A stretch of DNA of 64,000 bases from Chrysomallon squamiferum (Eukaryota; Animalia; Mollusca), in NCBI GenBank assembly GCA_012295275.1, contig CM022679.1, positions 5,146,001-5,210,000 on the forward strand. Direction: 5' to 3'. The stretch's first letter is position 1, and each line of letters begins with the position of its first letter. The notes under the pieces are model-generated. The model ran no database searches. It saw only the letters and a list, made by a program, of their open reading frames with translations, and had not been told where the DNA came from. This document shows positions 30,279 through 55,489 of the stretch, piece after piece. The position numbers were made by a program, and so were the translations under genes.

Positions 30279-30859
30279 TTGTGTCTGTCTGTCTTTTTCA
30301 TTCAGTTGTTTTTCAAATCGAACTTCGATTTAAACAAGCCACAAGCCAATTTTTCACAAGAGTAACACCACACCTATGATGAATGGGATTGTCAATACAT
30401 TTTACTTTGGGACATTCTATATCTTCGAGTATTTAATAGAGACCAAGGTCTGTGTTTTGTGGCGCTCTATGAAAAAGAGTGTATAATCTTGCAGGAATCA
30501 CGCCTGAATTGATGAAAAATCCAAAGTCAGCTTGGTCGATGTGTATCAGGTTATGTGTGAAGCATTTCTCACTTACAAACGAATTTTTATCGATGTTTTC
30601 AAGTAATCAGTTGACAATGATTATGCTAAAATGGATGAAGGAATAAATGAAGCTATAATTATATCTTAATACACTTTTAAGTTAATATAACTGTGTTATG
30701 TGACGTTTGTCGTGTTTAGTACTGATAATTAGGAGCGTCTGAAAGTGTCAGAGAGAGAAAGAAAGAGAAAAAAAAAAAGCAAAGTCAGAGAAAGAGAGAG
30801 ATAAAACTTTAGTGACAGACAGAAAGTGTGTGTGAAATATATATATATTTATATATAAT

Positions 30860-30930
<71 letters not shown>

Positions 30931-31935
30931 TAAATAAAATGAATACGTATGTATGTATTATCAGTTATGTTGTGCTGAAACAAACAAGAATAAAATAAAA
31001 TATAATAATATAATAAAATAAATAAGTAAAATAAATAAATAAATAAATAAATAAATAAGTAAAATAAATTAAATAAAAAATAAATAAATAAATAAATAGA
31101 TACTTGACAGGAGTTTAGACAATAATGACGACGTGAAAGACAAAACGATATTAGCAATCTCGTAATAGTGGTGTAGAGAGGATTGTAACGGCCATTAGGC
31201 AGTCTGGCTGTCTTTCTGTCCATCCATCAGCCCTGATCGAGTAGCAATTTCTGCTCATATTGCTCTTTTCTGTCACCCCCAAGGCATGTGATCTCTGCCA
31301 GCAGACACCACTGTGCAAACACACACGATCTTCTGAAATCAGTTAGGAAAACATTTCAACTACAATCTCTCCGACTGCCGGGTTCTTCAACCCGTGCATG
31401 TGGTAATCCTCTTCTTCACTGAACCTTGCATTGTGAGTCAGAATGCGTGGTCAGATGGCTAATCAGTGTTATGATTAGCAGTATACACACTGGACAAAGC
31501 CAAAGCTCACTGCTGTTCCAGAAGAGTTGCCTGTTTCTCTCTTTCTGAACAGCGGGGTATTGTTCAATGGAAGGAACATTTCATCTTGATCAGAGAGACC
31601 CGGAGCACGTTAACGTAAATGTTTTTTTTTTTTTTTTAATGTGTTTGTGTTCTGTGGAGAAAATGCGTAGAAAAAAAGATTTGTTCGTGTTAATGAGTAA
31701 GAATAACAGCGGTAGGTTTCTATTCCAATAAAAGGCAAGCGACATCCGTTATTATACATGTTAAAACAGTATTTATTGTTTATTTCACATCTTTTTTAAC
31801 TACCATGTCTCTCACTCGCTCTGTTTCTCAATCTTTCTCCCCGTTATCTGCCTGGCTGTCTATTTGTCTGTCTGTCGCTTTCTCACCGTTTTTATTACTT
31901 CCTTATCTCTCTATCTCTCTGTAAACGTCTATCTC

Positions 31936-31971
<36 letters not shown>

Positions 31972-32323
31972 ACTGTTTGTCTATACACCTATCGGCCTAA
32001 ATAAGACTTTTCTATTTCGCTCTCAGTTCGCGCAGAACTGTTCTGTAAAACCATTTCGACTTGACGACCCACTGACTCGAGGAGGACATTACTTCGAGAT
32101 GATTTCCTGACAGGTTACATGAAAATTTCAGAGAATCAGATAACAGCCATTTCTCAACCCATATTCCTGCAATATCAATATCACAACCAGGGGCGGATCT
32201 GCAGTTACCAAAAAGAGAGGACACGGTTTTAGTGGACAATATAAACATTTTACAAGAAAAGAGTTTCATTATGCATTAAAAAGGAATTTTAAACTATCAT
32301 CAAGGCAACAAAATAATAACGAT

Positions 32324-32392
<69 letters not shown>

Positions 32393-32515
32393 CATAGTAT
32401 TAGTAGTAGTAGTAATAATAATAATAATAATAATATTAGTAACGATGATAATAATAATAATAATAATGTTAGTAATAATAATAATAATAACAATAATAAT
32501 ATTAGTAATGATTAG

Positions 32516-32551
<36 letters not shown>

Positions 32552-32553
32552 TG

Positions 32554-32587
<34 letters not shown>

Positions 32588-32879
32588 TAAAAAATAAAAA
32601 ATAAAGAAGTAATCATAAGAAGGTGTGGGTAGGGGAGTTGCCAGAAGCCCCTACCCCTGGGTGCACATATGCCACTGACTTGCTGCTCTGTTTTGTCCCG
32701 ACTCGCGTTATGAGCAATCAATAAACTGTTATTTCCCGTTTCTCGAGGGAGAGAGAGATCGCCCCGGTATGAAATTTATTACATTTGTGTACAGTTCGTA
32801 TCCGACGAAGTAAATTACCCAGAAGCTTTCCCCATTGTGTCAGGATTTTAATGCAGGCTGTCATGGTCATGCCAATTCA

Positions 32880-34050
32880 GGTTGTTGTTTTTTTGTTGTT
32901 TTTTTGTCTGGTTTCGTTTTTAGTTTGGTCTAGTTTAATATGGATTGGTCTCGTTTGATTTGGTTTGGTCTGGTTACATGTGGTTTGGTATGGCTTGATG
33001 CATTTGACGTGGTTTGATTTGGTTTCGTCAGGTTTGATCTGGTTTGTTCTGATTTGGTTTAGTCTGGTTTTGCTTTGTTTTGAAGTAGTTTGATCCGGTT
33101 TAATCTGGTTTGGTAACAGATGGGAGTAAGAAACATATTTCATCAAAATTTAATTATGTAGACTGTATTCCGGTTTATTCTTGTTTGGTTTTGTTTGGTT
33201 TTGTTTGAAACAACGACGTTGTACATTAAAATAGTACTTGTAAATACTCGAGTCTTTTTTTCGGTCTTTATGTTTGGTTTGGTCTGGTTTGATCTGGTTT
33301 GGTCTGATCTTGCATTGTTTTGTTTTTTTCGGTTATCCGGTTTGCTCCGGTTTGCTCTGGTTTGGTAAAATGGTTTAAGTAACTTTACTAACATTTTTAA
33401 AATTACAAATGCCAACAAAACGTAAAAATGGTCGCAGGAACAATAAATGACTAAATCTTATTAAAACCGTTATCAACGCTACACTCGCCTAATCCACTGA
33501 AACTTGATGTTGTCCTATTGAACAATGTTTACCTTGTAAACCAAACTCACTTCACAAAATATTTAATGACTGCAATGAGAAGAAAACGATGGGAGAATGA
33601 AACATTTAAATGTGTAGACTGTGCTCGGCAAAAGATCGGATCGATGTCGGCTGGTTTGTTATTTCTATTTGACTCGAATTTTGTACGATTTGAAATGAAA
33701 AGTAATTATGAAATAAATTACTACTTTATATAGCGACTAGGCGATACATAGTACGGTGAAGTAATTAAACACAATTAAAGTTGCGATTTTTTTTTTTTTT
33801 TTTTTAAATTTCGTCTTTTTGTTTGGTGTGGTCTGGTTTGGTCTTCATTGCATGGTTTTTGTTGTTTTGTTTTGTTTTGTTTGGTTTGGTTTGATATGGG
33901 TTGTTCTAGTTTTGTTTTGTTTGATCAAGTTTGGTCTGGTTTGATCTGGTTGAGTCTGGTTTGTTCTTATTTGGGGTGGTTTTCCTTTGTTTTCTTTTGT
34001 TTGATACGACGACGTTGTACCTTAAAATGGTACTTGTAAAGATACTGGAA
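32880..34050. repeat. Two (TTTGG/TCTGG)n pentamer-rich blocks sharing a duplicated ~50-bp unique segment
   Basis: Pentamer runs at 32880-33370 and 33820-34000. ACGACGTTGTAC(A/C)TTAAAAT(A/G)GTACTTGTAAA occurs at ~33213 and ~34009. Confidence 0.7.
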
Positions 34051-35644
34051 AAAAAAGATGTCCGTTCCTTGCTAACTGATGTGGCTGAAAATTGTTTATT
34101 CGGATTAAGTACGGTATAAAAATTTCATGGCGGGACAAGAAAGCAGCACTTACTCACTGCACGATTAAGCGATGGTACGGTCCGGTTATTATAACGGGTC
34201 ATCAATTCTGTTGATCGGCCGTACTGGATCGGAAATTTTGTTTTTACACAACTAATACTATATCAACATATCTGAGTAGGGATTTAGTGAAAACAATGAT
34301 TTCCGACAAAATAATAAATCACAAGGTTTTATCAAAGTGATATGGAAATCAGAATCGGAATTAAGTGATTCACGAGTATAATAAATTTAATAACAGCCTT
34401 GAACCCAAGGTCAGGGTCGTGAAGCAACTCGACAAAGAGGGAAGAACAAGTAAAATGACTAAATACATTAAATAACAGATTTGATCTGTTTTGATCCATT
34501 GGCAGTATTTGTAATTAGTATTGATACTTTTAATACTAGTATCTCTCAGACAATAGTTAAAGCCTGATGCTCTTTATATAAAACTGCCAGGATGCGTTCT
34601 TGTAGAGCAGAGAAGAAGTGAAAAATAAAAAAAATAAAAAAAGTTATTCTTTAGAGACGACTGAATGCTTTAAACATCACAAAATATATTTGTTTTCGTC
34701 TCTGTTGCTTTTTGTCATTGTTCTTTATTTCTAATTTTGTTATTTGTTTCTTTATTTTCGCTCTCTTTCTTTGTATTCTTCTATTTTTTTAAATCTGTTT
34801 GCTTTTTTACATTCTGATTTTTTTCTTTCAGTGGATTTTTTTATTTTTATTATTATTTTTTTTAATCTCTTTATTCCTTTCGTATTTTTCTTTTCCTTTC
34901 ACTCTTTTTGTCTTTTCCATGATTTTTCATTTCGTTGTATTTTTAACTCTTTTTGATTCTGGCTCTTTCTGTTCGTTCGTTTTTCTTTAATTACTTGTTT
35001 TGTTTCTTGTCCTTCTTTCTTTCCTTTCTTTTCTTTATTTTTTTTTCTTTCTTTCTCTGTCTCGCTCATTATTGTTTTAGTTCTTTCATCTTTCTTATCA
35101 CAGTGTTTGTTTCTGTGTTTTTAGTGTTCTTTTCACTCTTGTGTTGTTTTAACCTTCAGTTATTCCGTTCTTTTTATCTTTCTGTTTATTTATTTATTTA
35201 TTTCGAAGCATGCGAAATTCAAGGTTACAAATAAAAGCAGCCGCTACACGCTTCAGTTAATCAAAAGAACCGGATTTAAAATCGGGAAGTCCCAAAGGTA
35301 AATTAGCTCATAAATCAAACCGGACAAACTTTATTTAGCTTGTAATGAAACCTAATGAAATTCTTTGAATGGAAAGTATTATTGTACCTAAAGATGTCGC
35401 CACAAATTCGTCCTGAAAGATTGCTGCGTTCATGAATTAAAAACTTGTATTGAGAAGTAATGGGCGCCGTTTTTCAACCCCACACAATGTCTAACAGGCG
35501 ACAAAACACGTTCAACTAGTTCAGTAAGAACACATTTCTTCTTTTCTTCATACAAAACGGACATTTTCTTTCACAAAGACAAAAAAAAAAAAAAAATCTA
35601 AAAAATCTAAATGAGAGACAAAAATAAATAAATAAATAAATAAA

Positions 35645-35675
<31 letters not shown>

Positions 35676-35982
35676 AAGAAGAAGAAATAATGCATATCAT
35701 CAAAGCAATTAAAACGACTTCCTGATATATATTACTATATCTGGTATTTATTATCTTATCGCTTTATTTAGGTCAATGACAGGCCAGTTCACCTGACAGT
35801 CACTACAATTAATACCTGGTTATTATTATTTATTTAAACTCGATCTGTCACACATTGACGTACCTGTCTGTTTGAAATCTTCGATCATTCAGTTAGGCGT
35901 GTAAAAAGTATTTCACATGATTAGATAATTCTCTCTTTGCGCATCTCTCCCACTCTCTGTTTCCTTCAGTCTCACCTCGTTT

Positions 35983-36085
<103 letters not shown>

Positions 36086-37341
36086 AAGTATTTACAATTC
36101 TAATCAAAGTGAAGACTTCTCTCTGTACGTCACCCATCATCGACTGTTCGTGAAACAAAGGAAATTATTTATACTTTTAATCAACAAAAACTGAATAAAA
36201 GATATAAATCTCTCTCTTTTTTTATTGGCGAATCCATAAACGTCAACAAATAAGCAGTAAAAAGTTATTTTCAGTGCTAATTAATTTTACGCTGTTTTAC
36301 CTCGCCTATTGTATCTACGCTCTTGTTAATTAAATAGATATACACAAATCTATATCCATTTCTTTTGATGCCTCGGAGCACTGTCTCGTACATCTGTTAA
36401 CACTGCAGAAATATTGAATTTGTCTGAAGTAGCAGGGATAAAATGAAAAAAAGGCAACACGCTGAAAACGACGTTTGAAAATAAAGCCGTGAAATTCATC
36501 GTTAACAATTTACTCAAACCAAATAGACTTATTCGATCTCCTGTGATAAATTTTCTTTGGAACTGTTAAATATTTGTCTAGCTAATAAAAGCGAATGACT
36601 GACGGGGGAGAAGAGGATATAATCAATTCTACGAACACAAATCTAAAACAGCTGGTCATCTTAATGCTGGAATAGCATTATGGCGAGTCTCCTAGCTTGT
36701 AAATTCTTTAATGAACTGCGACTGCTGCGACTGTAACTGCTACTGGGACTTCTAGTAATTACAGCAACCAATATTACTATTATTTATTACAATAACAACA
36801 ACTATTTATTATTATTATTTATTATTACCAGTATTTCCTACTACTGCTACTATCACCGCTACTGCTACTGTTTTTACTACTATTGCAACTGCTACTATTA
36901 CTACCACAATTATTTTTACAACTACCTAGTACTAATTATATTACTAATTATATTAGTACTGTCACTTATATAGATATCATCACTACTTCTTGTATTACTA
37001 CTATTACTACTATTACTACTATTACTACTTCTACTACTTCTACTACTACTGTAACAACGACGAAATTTGACTACCACTACTACTACTTTATTAAAGTAAT
37101 TCTTAACCCGTACTGAATTCATCACCATTACTTACTTAATCACCATTTCTAATTTAATAAGTAGTAAAACAGTGTTAATTTTCACGGATCTAGTGGACGT
37201 CCGTAGATATATATATATATATAATTGTAAAACCTGACACCATTATGGTATTTAATAAGTCAAATAAAGCTATGTAGTGAACCGTTAACAATAAAATATT
37301 ACACCAGTGTATTGCACGGATGGTGAAACAATGAATATAAT

Positions 37342-37397
<56 letters not shown>

Positions 37398-37778
37398 TAC
37401 ATACACACTCACACACACACACACAGACACTCTCTCTCTAAAAATAACAATGACCTGGCAAATAATTGTGTGTGTATGTGTTTGTGTTTGTGTTATATTA
37501 TATATTATATTGTTTATGTATTTATTTTATTTATTTTAACGTAGCTATATCTATATACAATAACAAACCTAACAGTATAAACCAGGATGTAAGGATTTAA
37601 TGCGTACTGAAGACACGAAATATTTTAACAGTTGAAAATATAAAAGAGTGCCCTTTATCGTTTGAGACAATACGTTTTAAATGTCACAGTAAAATACAGC
37701 AGTTTTGTACTTGATGGTATTTACTAAGTAAACACCCTCTTATTGGACGGTTATTCATTTATCGTGTTTCTTTTTCAG

Positions 37779-38198
37779 GCCATCAAAATGATGATGACTG
37801 TTGTCAGTATATACGCCATCTGCTGGCTGCCATTACACGTCATCACACTGCTCGGTGACGTCTTGCCGTCCATCTACAACTCGGACTACGTCAGAGTCGT
37901 GTGGATAGGATCTCATTGGCTGGCTATGAGCAGCTGCGTTTATAACCCGTTCATCTATTGGTGGATGAATTCTAAATTTAGAGACGGCTATAAGTACGTT
38001 TTCACCAAGCTCAAGTACTGTTGCACGGGTAAGGTATTCGGTTCGTACGAAGAACAGACTAGACCAACATTCGGAGCTAGTGATTACTTGACGAGGAAAA
38101 ACAGCGAAGTTAAACAGCAAGACACACATAACGATAAATATGAACTCGTTAGATCATCTCAAAGTGAAGGAGAAGAAAGAAGAAAACGGGTTCAGTAG
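37779..38198 (+). CDS. Neuropeptide GPCR, coding exon 2 (TM6-TM7, C-tail)
   Basis: tttttcag|GCCATCAAAATG (phase 0). AIKMMMTVVSIYAICWLPLH (CWxP) and SHWLAMSSCVYNPFIYWWMNSKFRDGY (NPxxY), then TAG. Completes the 15325 exon to a 386-aa 7TM protein across a 21,713-bp intron. Confidence 0.92.
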   Translation, partial: AIKMMMTVVSIYAICWLPLHVITLLGDVLPSIYNSDYVRVVWIGSHWLAMSSCVYNPFIYWWMNSKFRDGYKYVFTKLKYCCTGKVFGSYEEQTRPTFGASDYLTRKNSEVKQQDTHNDKYELVRSSQSEGEERRKRVQ

Positions 38199-38851
38199 AA
38201 CGATTGACAACGACAAAGCGGAGAAAATACCTTTAACTGTTTCATTGTAAATATTACGTGTTGTAGAATAACTCAATCCGGTGTACTTCCAATAAATAAA
38301 TAAATAAATAAATAAGTAGTTATTGTTTATGTTTAATATAATGTAGATATTTAAGGTATTGTAGGTTGGAAATTTTACAAATAAAACAGAGGCTGGCCTT
38401 AAATGTGATGAATCCTAACATCTTTCGTTGTCGTTTGCTCTCATACAGCTATATCCCGTTCAAAACAGTGTTTCACAACTGTTATTGATTAATGTCCGTT
38501 ATGTGCGCTTAGTGGATTATGTGAAAGGCTATGAAAGAAATCATTTCGCTAATGAGGACATTTTTTTCTTTTCTAATAACAAAGTTTTGCTCCTGTGAAC
38601 CAGTCAAAAAAAAAACATAATCATTGTTCGTTTATGACTTTGGATAAAACATGTTTTTTTGTTTGTTTTTTTCTTTACATATAAATTAATTTGAGCAGAG
38701 AGAGAGAGAGAGATTGGAAACAACTCTCACCCATCTTTATTACGAAGAGATGAATCATTTCTATCCGTCAACAATAATATCAACAGCATGAAGATATTTT
38801 ACGAGAATTCACGTATTTGTCTATTTCCTTTACCAGGAAGTTCAAATAGAG

Positions 38852-38887
<36 letters not shown>

Positions 38888-40442
38888 TAAATAAAAAATA
38901 AATGATGCAAAAGAAAACAGCTATTACTTGTTACTGGCAGATTAAAGCTGTGAATCACTATTAGTGCTCAATGTTACTTAGTTAATCCGACATATCAGTT
39001 AAAAAAAAAAAAAAAACAAGTAAAAACTGCGAGGATTTGATATTTCGTGTTATTTGAATGCCATAGATTAATTAATTTAATCAAGTATGACGTGTTTGAA
39101 AAAGCAAGCGAAAGAAAAAAAGAAAAAAAGAAGAAAAAAATGCAAATGGAAATGTATGAGTTAATGAATGAATATGTAAATAAATGCTACCTGCATTAGC
39201 ACAGTTTTCCAATGACACCTGTTAAAGCTCCCACAATTTCCACTAGTAATAAAGTACCAGTAGCAGCAGCAGCAGTAGTAGTATAAGGAGGAAAAGGATG
39301 AATAGTTGTTGTAGCAGCAGTAACAACAATGGTGGTAATGAGGTAGTAGTTATATTAGAAGTAGTAATAGTATGATAATTATTATTAGTATTATCATTGT
39401 GGCTGTAGTTGTCGTGACAGTGATAGCTGTAGAATTAGTAGTCGCAGTAATAGTTGGTGATAGCAACAGAGTAATAGTTACAATAGTAGTATTCAGTTTT
39501 AATTTTTGAAATTTATTCGCATCAATACTTCCCACATAAAAGGACTATTTAGTGAAAACTGAATGCTATTTCTGATCATTTAATGACCAAACACTTTTAT
39601 TTCTTATTATCTTTATTTTCTCCTGTTAATATCCAGCCTCATTTAAAACGCCATTCCAAGTCTGTTTATCTTTGATCTTAAAAAGGGTAATAAAAAGTCA
39701 TTTGTTTATTTTATTATCCTCGGGTATGTAAAACATTGACAGCCAATGTGCATTAAGCTTAAAGCTCCGAAGTTCGTCAGACTGCATTTTGAATACGCAT
39801 TAAAATAGTAAATACGAAATAATATAAAGTTACGATCGTTTCACGTTCATCATGATGGTTTAAGAAAATTTAGCCCATTGAAGTCTTTTTCGCTTTTGAA
39901 ATAATAATTTACATTTATTTCCCGTGCATACTAAAAGTGAAATAATTAAACTACATGGGTAAAATATTAATAAAACAAGAATGTCTGACCTTTTTTACTT
40001 TTTCAAGATGAAGACGATTATTTTCTGTTAAACGCAATGTTAGTACGACAGTTAAAATAAATAAAATGGATGGAGTCTAAAGATAACAAAACTTTCTTTT
40101 GATGAAAAAACATTCTGACTTGGTAAGAAGTTAAAACGTCATCATATTAAGTTTAATATTAAACCGATCCGCATGAAGAGCTCGAAAAAACAAATTCTCA
40201 GTACCAGGAATGATGATATTAACAATGATGATGATATTAACGGTAATGATGATATTAAAATGAAATCCCTTCAAAAACCCGTCCATGTTAATATAATTAT
40301 GCCTCTCCTTGGTAAGCTTCTTTGTGTTAAATACAGCTAGTATCACTAATGGTGTAGAAGTGTTAGCTGTATTAAATAAAGTATCTCTGTAAATGAAGTA
40401 GTAGCAGTTTTAGCAGCAGCAGCAGCAGCAGCAGTAACAGTT

Positions 40443-40476
<34 letters not shown>

Positions 40477-40529
40477 CAGCAGCACAAAAATAATAGAAGT
40501 AGCATGACAATCAACACCGCCATTAAACT

Positions 40530-40630
40530 GGTGACGTCATTTCGTAAGCATGTGACTTATTATCTATGGAGTTCTATTTTTATTTTATTTTTAAAATTTT
40601 ATTAATTTGTTGATGTTATTGTTGTTGTTG

Positions 40631-40680
<50 letters not shown>

Positions 40681-40835
40681 TTTATCTATTGATGTTGTTT
40701 GAAAAAACCCGTAGGAAGTAAGTAATCTGTTTATGAATTTATGATTCAATCAGTGCACGTGAAAGGGCGGATCCAAATTACTATAACATTGCTAAAGCAG
40801 ACGACACTTGCAGACGCTCTCGACTATAAAGTTTA
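40530..40835 (+). promoter_or_regulatory. Candidate promoter motif cluster upstream of chitinase copy 1
   Basis: TGACGTCA (40532), CACGTG (40756), GGGCGG (40765) and TATAAA (40825) in promoter-like order. Short motifs only, no transcript evidence. Confidence 0.25.
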
Positions 40836-41657
40836 CTGGGTTTGCACCATTTGTTATTTTTAGGTTTTCATCTGTCCTTTTCTGGAAAGCCATTTAGTCC
40901 GTTATTTAAAAGACTAAAACGTTTGACAAAATGGCCGTCTGGTTTGAAAGAAAAGCTAATATTTGATGTGGTAAAACACGCGACGAAAATTCCTTTGATG
41001 TTTGCAATATTGAACAAAACTGTCTTTTTACTCGAGATACTTTTTTTTTTCTTCCATTCAGTTCCTATGGTTTTTCGTACTGAGAATATTAATGATTATA
41101 ATGCTTTTCAATAAGACGTTATTTTGAAGTCGATATTGCGATTTTTTATTTATTTATTTTTGTTTTAATTGAACTTCATTTTTCTTTTCTTTTATAATAT
41201 TTCTTTTTGCTATTATCTGTTTTATTTAAATTTTAATTTTATTTTTATTCTCCTGTTACTTTATTATTATTATTATTACTATTATTCAGATGTATGTATA
41301 TATTCATTAATTTAATTTAATTTTGATTAGCCATTCCAAAGATTTCTTTGAATCACAGTGCTCTGAACCAAATTAGATGTACGGAAACAGTTTGGGATTA
41401 AGTATGGAAGTCCATTAGGGACACTACGTGGTAACAAACATGGCTTAGTGTCAGTGATATCGGTCTACAATGTCAGAATGTCAAGTCATTTTTATCTTTC
41501 TTTTTGTCCTCTTTTCTTGACAAAGCCATATTGCATTTTCACACAGTCAGTATCAAACAATATCTAGATGTAATCTTTGGAAAGAAAAGCCAGCCATCTG
41601 TCTGTTTAAAAGAAAATTGCTCTGTTCATTTGTGTTTTAGTGTTTCTTACTGGAAAA

Positions 41658-46542
<4,885 letters not shown>

Positions 46543-47296
46543 CATGTCTTTAACGACTTCACAGCAACTTGACATTGTCAACAACAACAACAATAATATT
46601 AATACAATTTATAATAATAATAATAACAATAATAATAACGTGACAGTAACAATAATAATAATGGTTCGTATGTGTGCGTATGACTGTATATTATATTTGT
46701 TTATTTTCTTACCATTATTGTTACTATTACAATTACTGCTGTGATTATTACTATCACTGCTATTCTACAATTACTGCTGCTACCTCATCCCAGCTTCTAT
46801 TACTATTTTATTTTACTATTAATTAATTAATGCATTTTTTATTTTACATAAAGAGAAATAATTACAATAGACAGTTCCTGTTGCAGAAAGAGTCAAAAAG
46901 AACTGTAAATAAATAAAAAATTACTAATTAAAAGTCCACTCCCCCCATTCCCCAGTAATATAGATAATAGATTTGTCCCTGATAATCGTTATCATTTAAT
47001 GCGCTCTTATTTCTTTTAGCAGGTAGTTATTCAGTAAAGATCAAAGAAATTATTGTCTGTTTAATATTTTCTGAAAACAAAGAAGCACTGCAATTCAAAT
47101 AAAAATGTTTGTTTTTCTTTCTTCTTTGTCTTCTAACTTTTGTCTCCATAAAGTGAAAATATTTTTCTTGCACCGAATGATACGGGAAATAACCAAATGT
47201 TACTTTGATGTTAAGTAGTTATATCTGAAGTGTACATATGGCTTGACTCGAATAATGAAAAAATTATTAATTTGTTTTAATACATATTTAATTATG

Positions 47297-47385
<89 letters not shown>

Positions 47386-48156
47386 TATTAGTCTCTTTCT
47401 TTATTTGTATATCTCTGTATCTCACTTTTTATGTGTTGTTTGTATGCTTCATTTCCTTATTTTTTTACTTACATTTCATTTCATTAATCTCTATTTTCCT
47501 TCTCTTCCTGTATTTCATCCGTGAATTCTTTTTATATTCATAATTTATTTATTTCTAATATGCCTTCTTTCTTTCATTTTTAAAAAAAAAAAAAAAAAAT
47601 TTTTTTTTATGTATTTATTCAGTCTACTCTCTTCATTTTAATTTCTTTGATCCATTACATTTATTGTGTCTGTTTTCTTCTAATTTATCTCATTTTTGGT
47701 TATCTCCACTTTTTTCTTTCGTTCCTTTTTTTCTCTTTCTTTTTTCTGTTTCTTTCTTTTGTGTTTCTTTCTTTCTTTCTTGTTATCTTTTTTTCCCCAG
47801 CTCTATTAATTTTTCTCTCTTCTTTTTAAAGATATTCATAAGGAAGGATGTACAATGCACGCATGCCAAACGAAATTTTCACATATTCACATAAACAGAC
47901 AAAACCTTCTATTGATTGTACATGGTGCCGTCTTCAACACTCACCAGTAACTAATTACATTTCTTAAACACGATTATTTCCCGAGAGTCCGGCCAATGAC
48001 CACATCAGACAGCAGGGACACGGCTTTGATGATATCTCCGTGTTTCTCACTATCTTGTTTACACCAGTGGCAGCAACGCGCAGATTACACTCCAAAGATA
48101 ACGCGATCGAAGCGTAGCATCCGCCAAAACATTGGTGTAAGTCATGTCACGTGATG

Positions 48157-49221
48157 CATTGAGGACACGTGACTTTGGCACTGTCTCCGTTAGCCTAATT
48201 TCTTTTAATTCTGAATAAAATTAATTTAATAGTTTTAAACGTTGTGGGTAACGGGTCCTAACTAGCATTTGCTGTTAAGAAGTGACTGCTTCGTAAATTA
48301 ATATTAATCAGTTACTAAATAGTACATTAATATTAATAAATCACTAAATCGTAAATCAAAATTAATAGTAACTAAATCATACATTAATATTAATGACTGA
48401 TTACAATGTACGTATGAGGACCTGACATCTGTGTCATCTCCATAATCTTCATTATATTTATTATGTCAACAATTTGATTGAGGATGGACAACGGGGACGA
48501 ATCTTGTATTCGCTATTAAGAGGTGACCACCTCGTACATTAACATCAGTCAGATGCTGGTGTGTAAGAACTGGCACGTGACTCAAATGTCATCTCCATTA
48601 TCCTCTGTGTGTTTATTATTTAAACTCGACAGGCAACAGGTTCGAAACATGGCATTAGACATCAGCTGAAAACGTATTATTATATTCTGTGATTGATCAA
48701 AACGAAATCATTTAAAATCTTTATTGTCTGTCAAAGTTTTAAAGTCATTCCGTGATAAACAGTAATAGCTTTATGTCTCTTGATAATTTTATTAAAACTT
48801 TCATTTGCTGTCTCTTTATTTTTATTCTCTGTATTCAGATGTATTTATTTATTTATTAATTTAATTAAATTTTGATTTGCCATTCCAACCAGTTCGTTGA
48901 ATAATAATCGTTTAAACCTATATAGCTGTATGGAAATAGACTGGGTTAAATATGGAAGTCCAGTAGGGTCACTTCGTGCTGTGAGTGATACCGTGCTACT
49001 GTGTCAAAATGTCAAGATTCTAAGTCACGATAATAAAAGTTAAGTCACGATAAAAACGATTATAAAACTTTCATCACGAAATGACGTTAAAATTCTTTGG
49101 CAGTCAATAAAGATATTAAATTATTTCCTTTGATGAATCACAAATTATAACAAAATGTTTTCAGTTATATAAATTGGAAGAAAATAGAAACAATAAACGT
49201 AATAAATAATTATTTCCTTTT
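48157..49221 (+). repeat. Left arm of ~1.1-kb inverted repeat
   Basis: Reverse complement of 55683-56768, e.g. CATTGAGGACACGTGACTTTGG vs CCAAAGTCACGTGTCCTCAATG, and ACTAGCATTTGCTGTTAAGAAGTGACTGCTTCGTAAATT. Confidence 0.9.
48664..49165 (+). mobile_element. Foldback/MITE-like element (~500 bp) with long imperfect terminal inverted repeats
   Basis: 48664-48760 is an imperfect inverted match to 49068-49165 (TTTAAAATCTTTATTGTCTGTCAAAG vs CTTTGGCAGTCAATAAAGATATTAAA). The ~200-bp core also occurs at 41283-41490. No coding capacity. No TSD identified. Confidence 0.55.
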
Positions 49222-49585
49222 ACCTGAAAAAAAAAAAAAAAAAAATAAATAAAAAAAAAAATAAAAAAAAAAAAAAAAAAAATAAAACAAATAAAATTAA
49301 ATTAAAATTAAATTAAAATTAAATTATTATTATCATTATTAATACTGTCATGTTATTAGAAGTTATAGTATTAATCTATTATAATAAACGCAATATTAAA
49401 ATATTAAATAAATAAATCACAAATTTAAAGATCCATAGGTACAGAGAAGAACCATTATTAGCCAATAACGTTATTATTGGTGTCTTTTAATTATTATTAT
49501 TAGTCAGCAATGAACAAGTTTCTGTGAAGTCGTTAAAGACATGTTAGCCAAAACGTCGTCGACATGGTGTCTTTAATTTTGTGCA

Positions 49586-54211
<4,626 letters not shown>

Positions 54212-54775
54212 GTTTCCAGTAAGAAACACTAAAACACAAATGAACAGAGAAATCTTCTTCTTTTAAACAGACAGATGGCTGGCTTTTCTTTCCAAAGGTT
54301 ACATCTAGATATTGTTTGATATTGACTGTGTGAAAATGCAATATGGCTTTTTCAAAAGAAAGAAGGAAAAGAAAGGTAAAAGTTCTGGGGTGGTGGTGGT
54401 GGCCAGCCTCACACAGAAGAAAAACAACAGCAACCCAAAACAACCCACATATTTACAGATACAGAAAAATAGGTAGATAGACAGACAGACATAAAGAGAT
54501 ATATATATATAAAAATATAGACAGATAGAGAGAGAGAGAGAGATAAGTGATCGTTAAAGAGAGATAGAAGGGTGTATTCACTTAAACATGAAAATATATC
54601 CTTTGATTTATTATGCTTGTATAATCCAGTGGTTCTGTTTTGCTTACGCAATAATAAACAAAATTATTTGAATCACTCTATACTTTCAAGTTTACAGTGA
54701 AGGACGTTTTCTTCACCTGCAAGTACCTTCTGTGCATTCTTTTCGTTCCAAAAGACTGAAGATGAAGCAGACGTC

Positions 54776-54815
<40 letters not shown>

Positions 54816-54847
54816 CATAATCATAAAAAAGTGGACAAAAAAAAAGG

Positions 54848-55309
<462 letters not shown>

Positions 55310-55394
55310 TTGCACACACACGCGCACACACATATATACGTATACATATAGTTAGATAGATAAATAGATAGATATAGAATATACATACACAAAC

Positions 55395-55448
55395 ACATAT
55401 TTTCCTTAATAAATTTGGATTATGTGTTTTAAGTATATATATGTGTGT

Positions 55449-55489
<41 letters not shown>

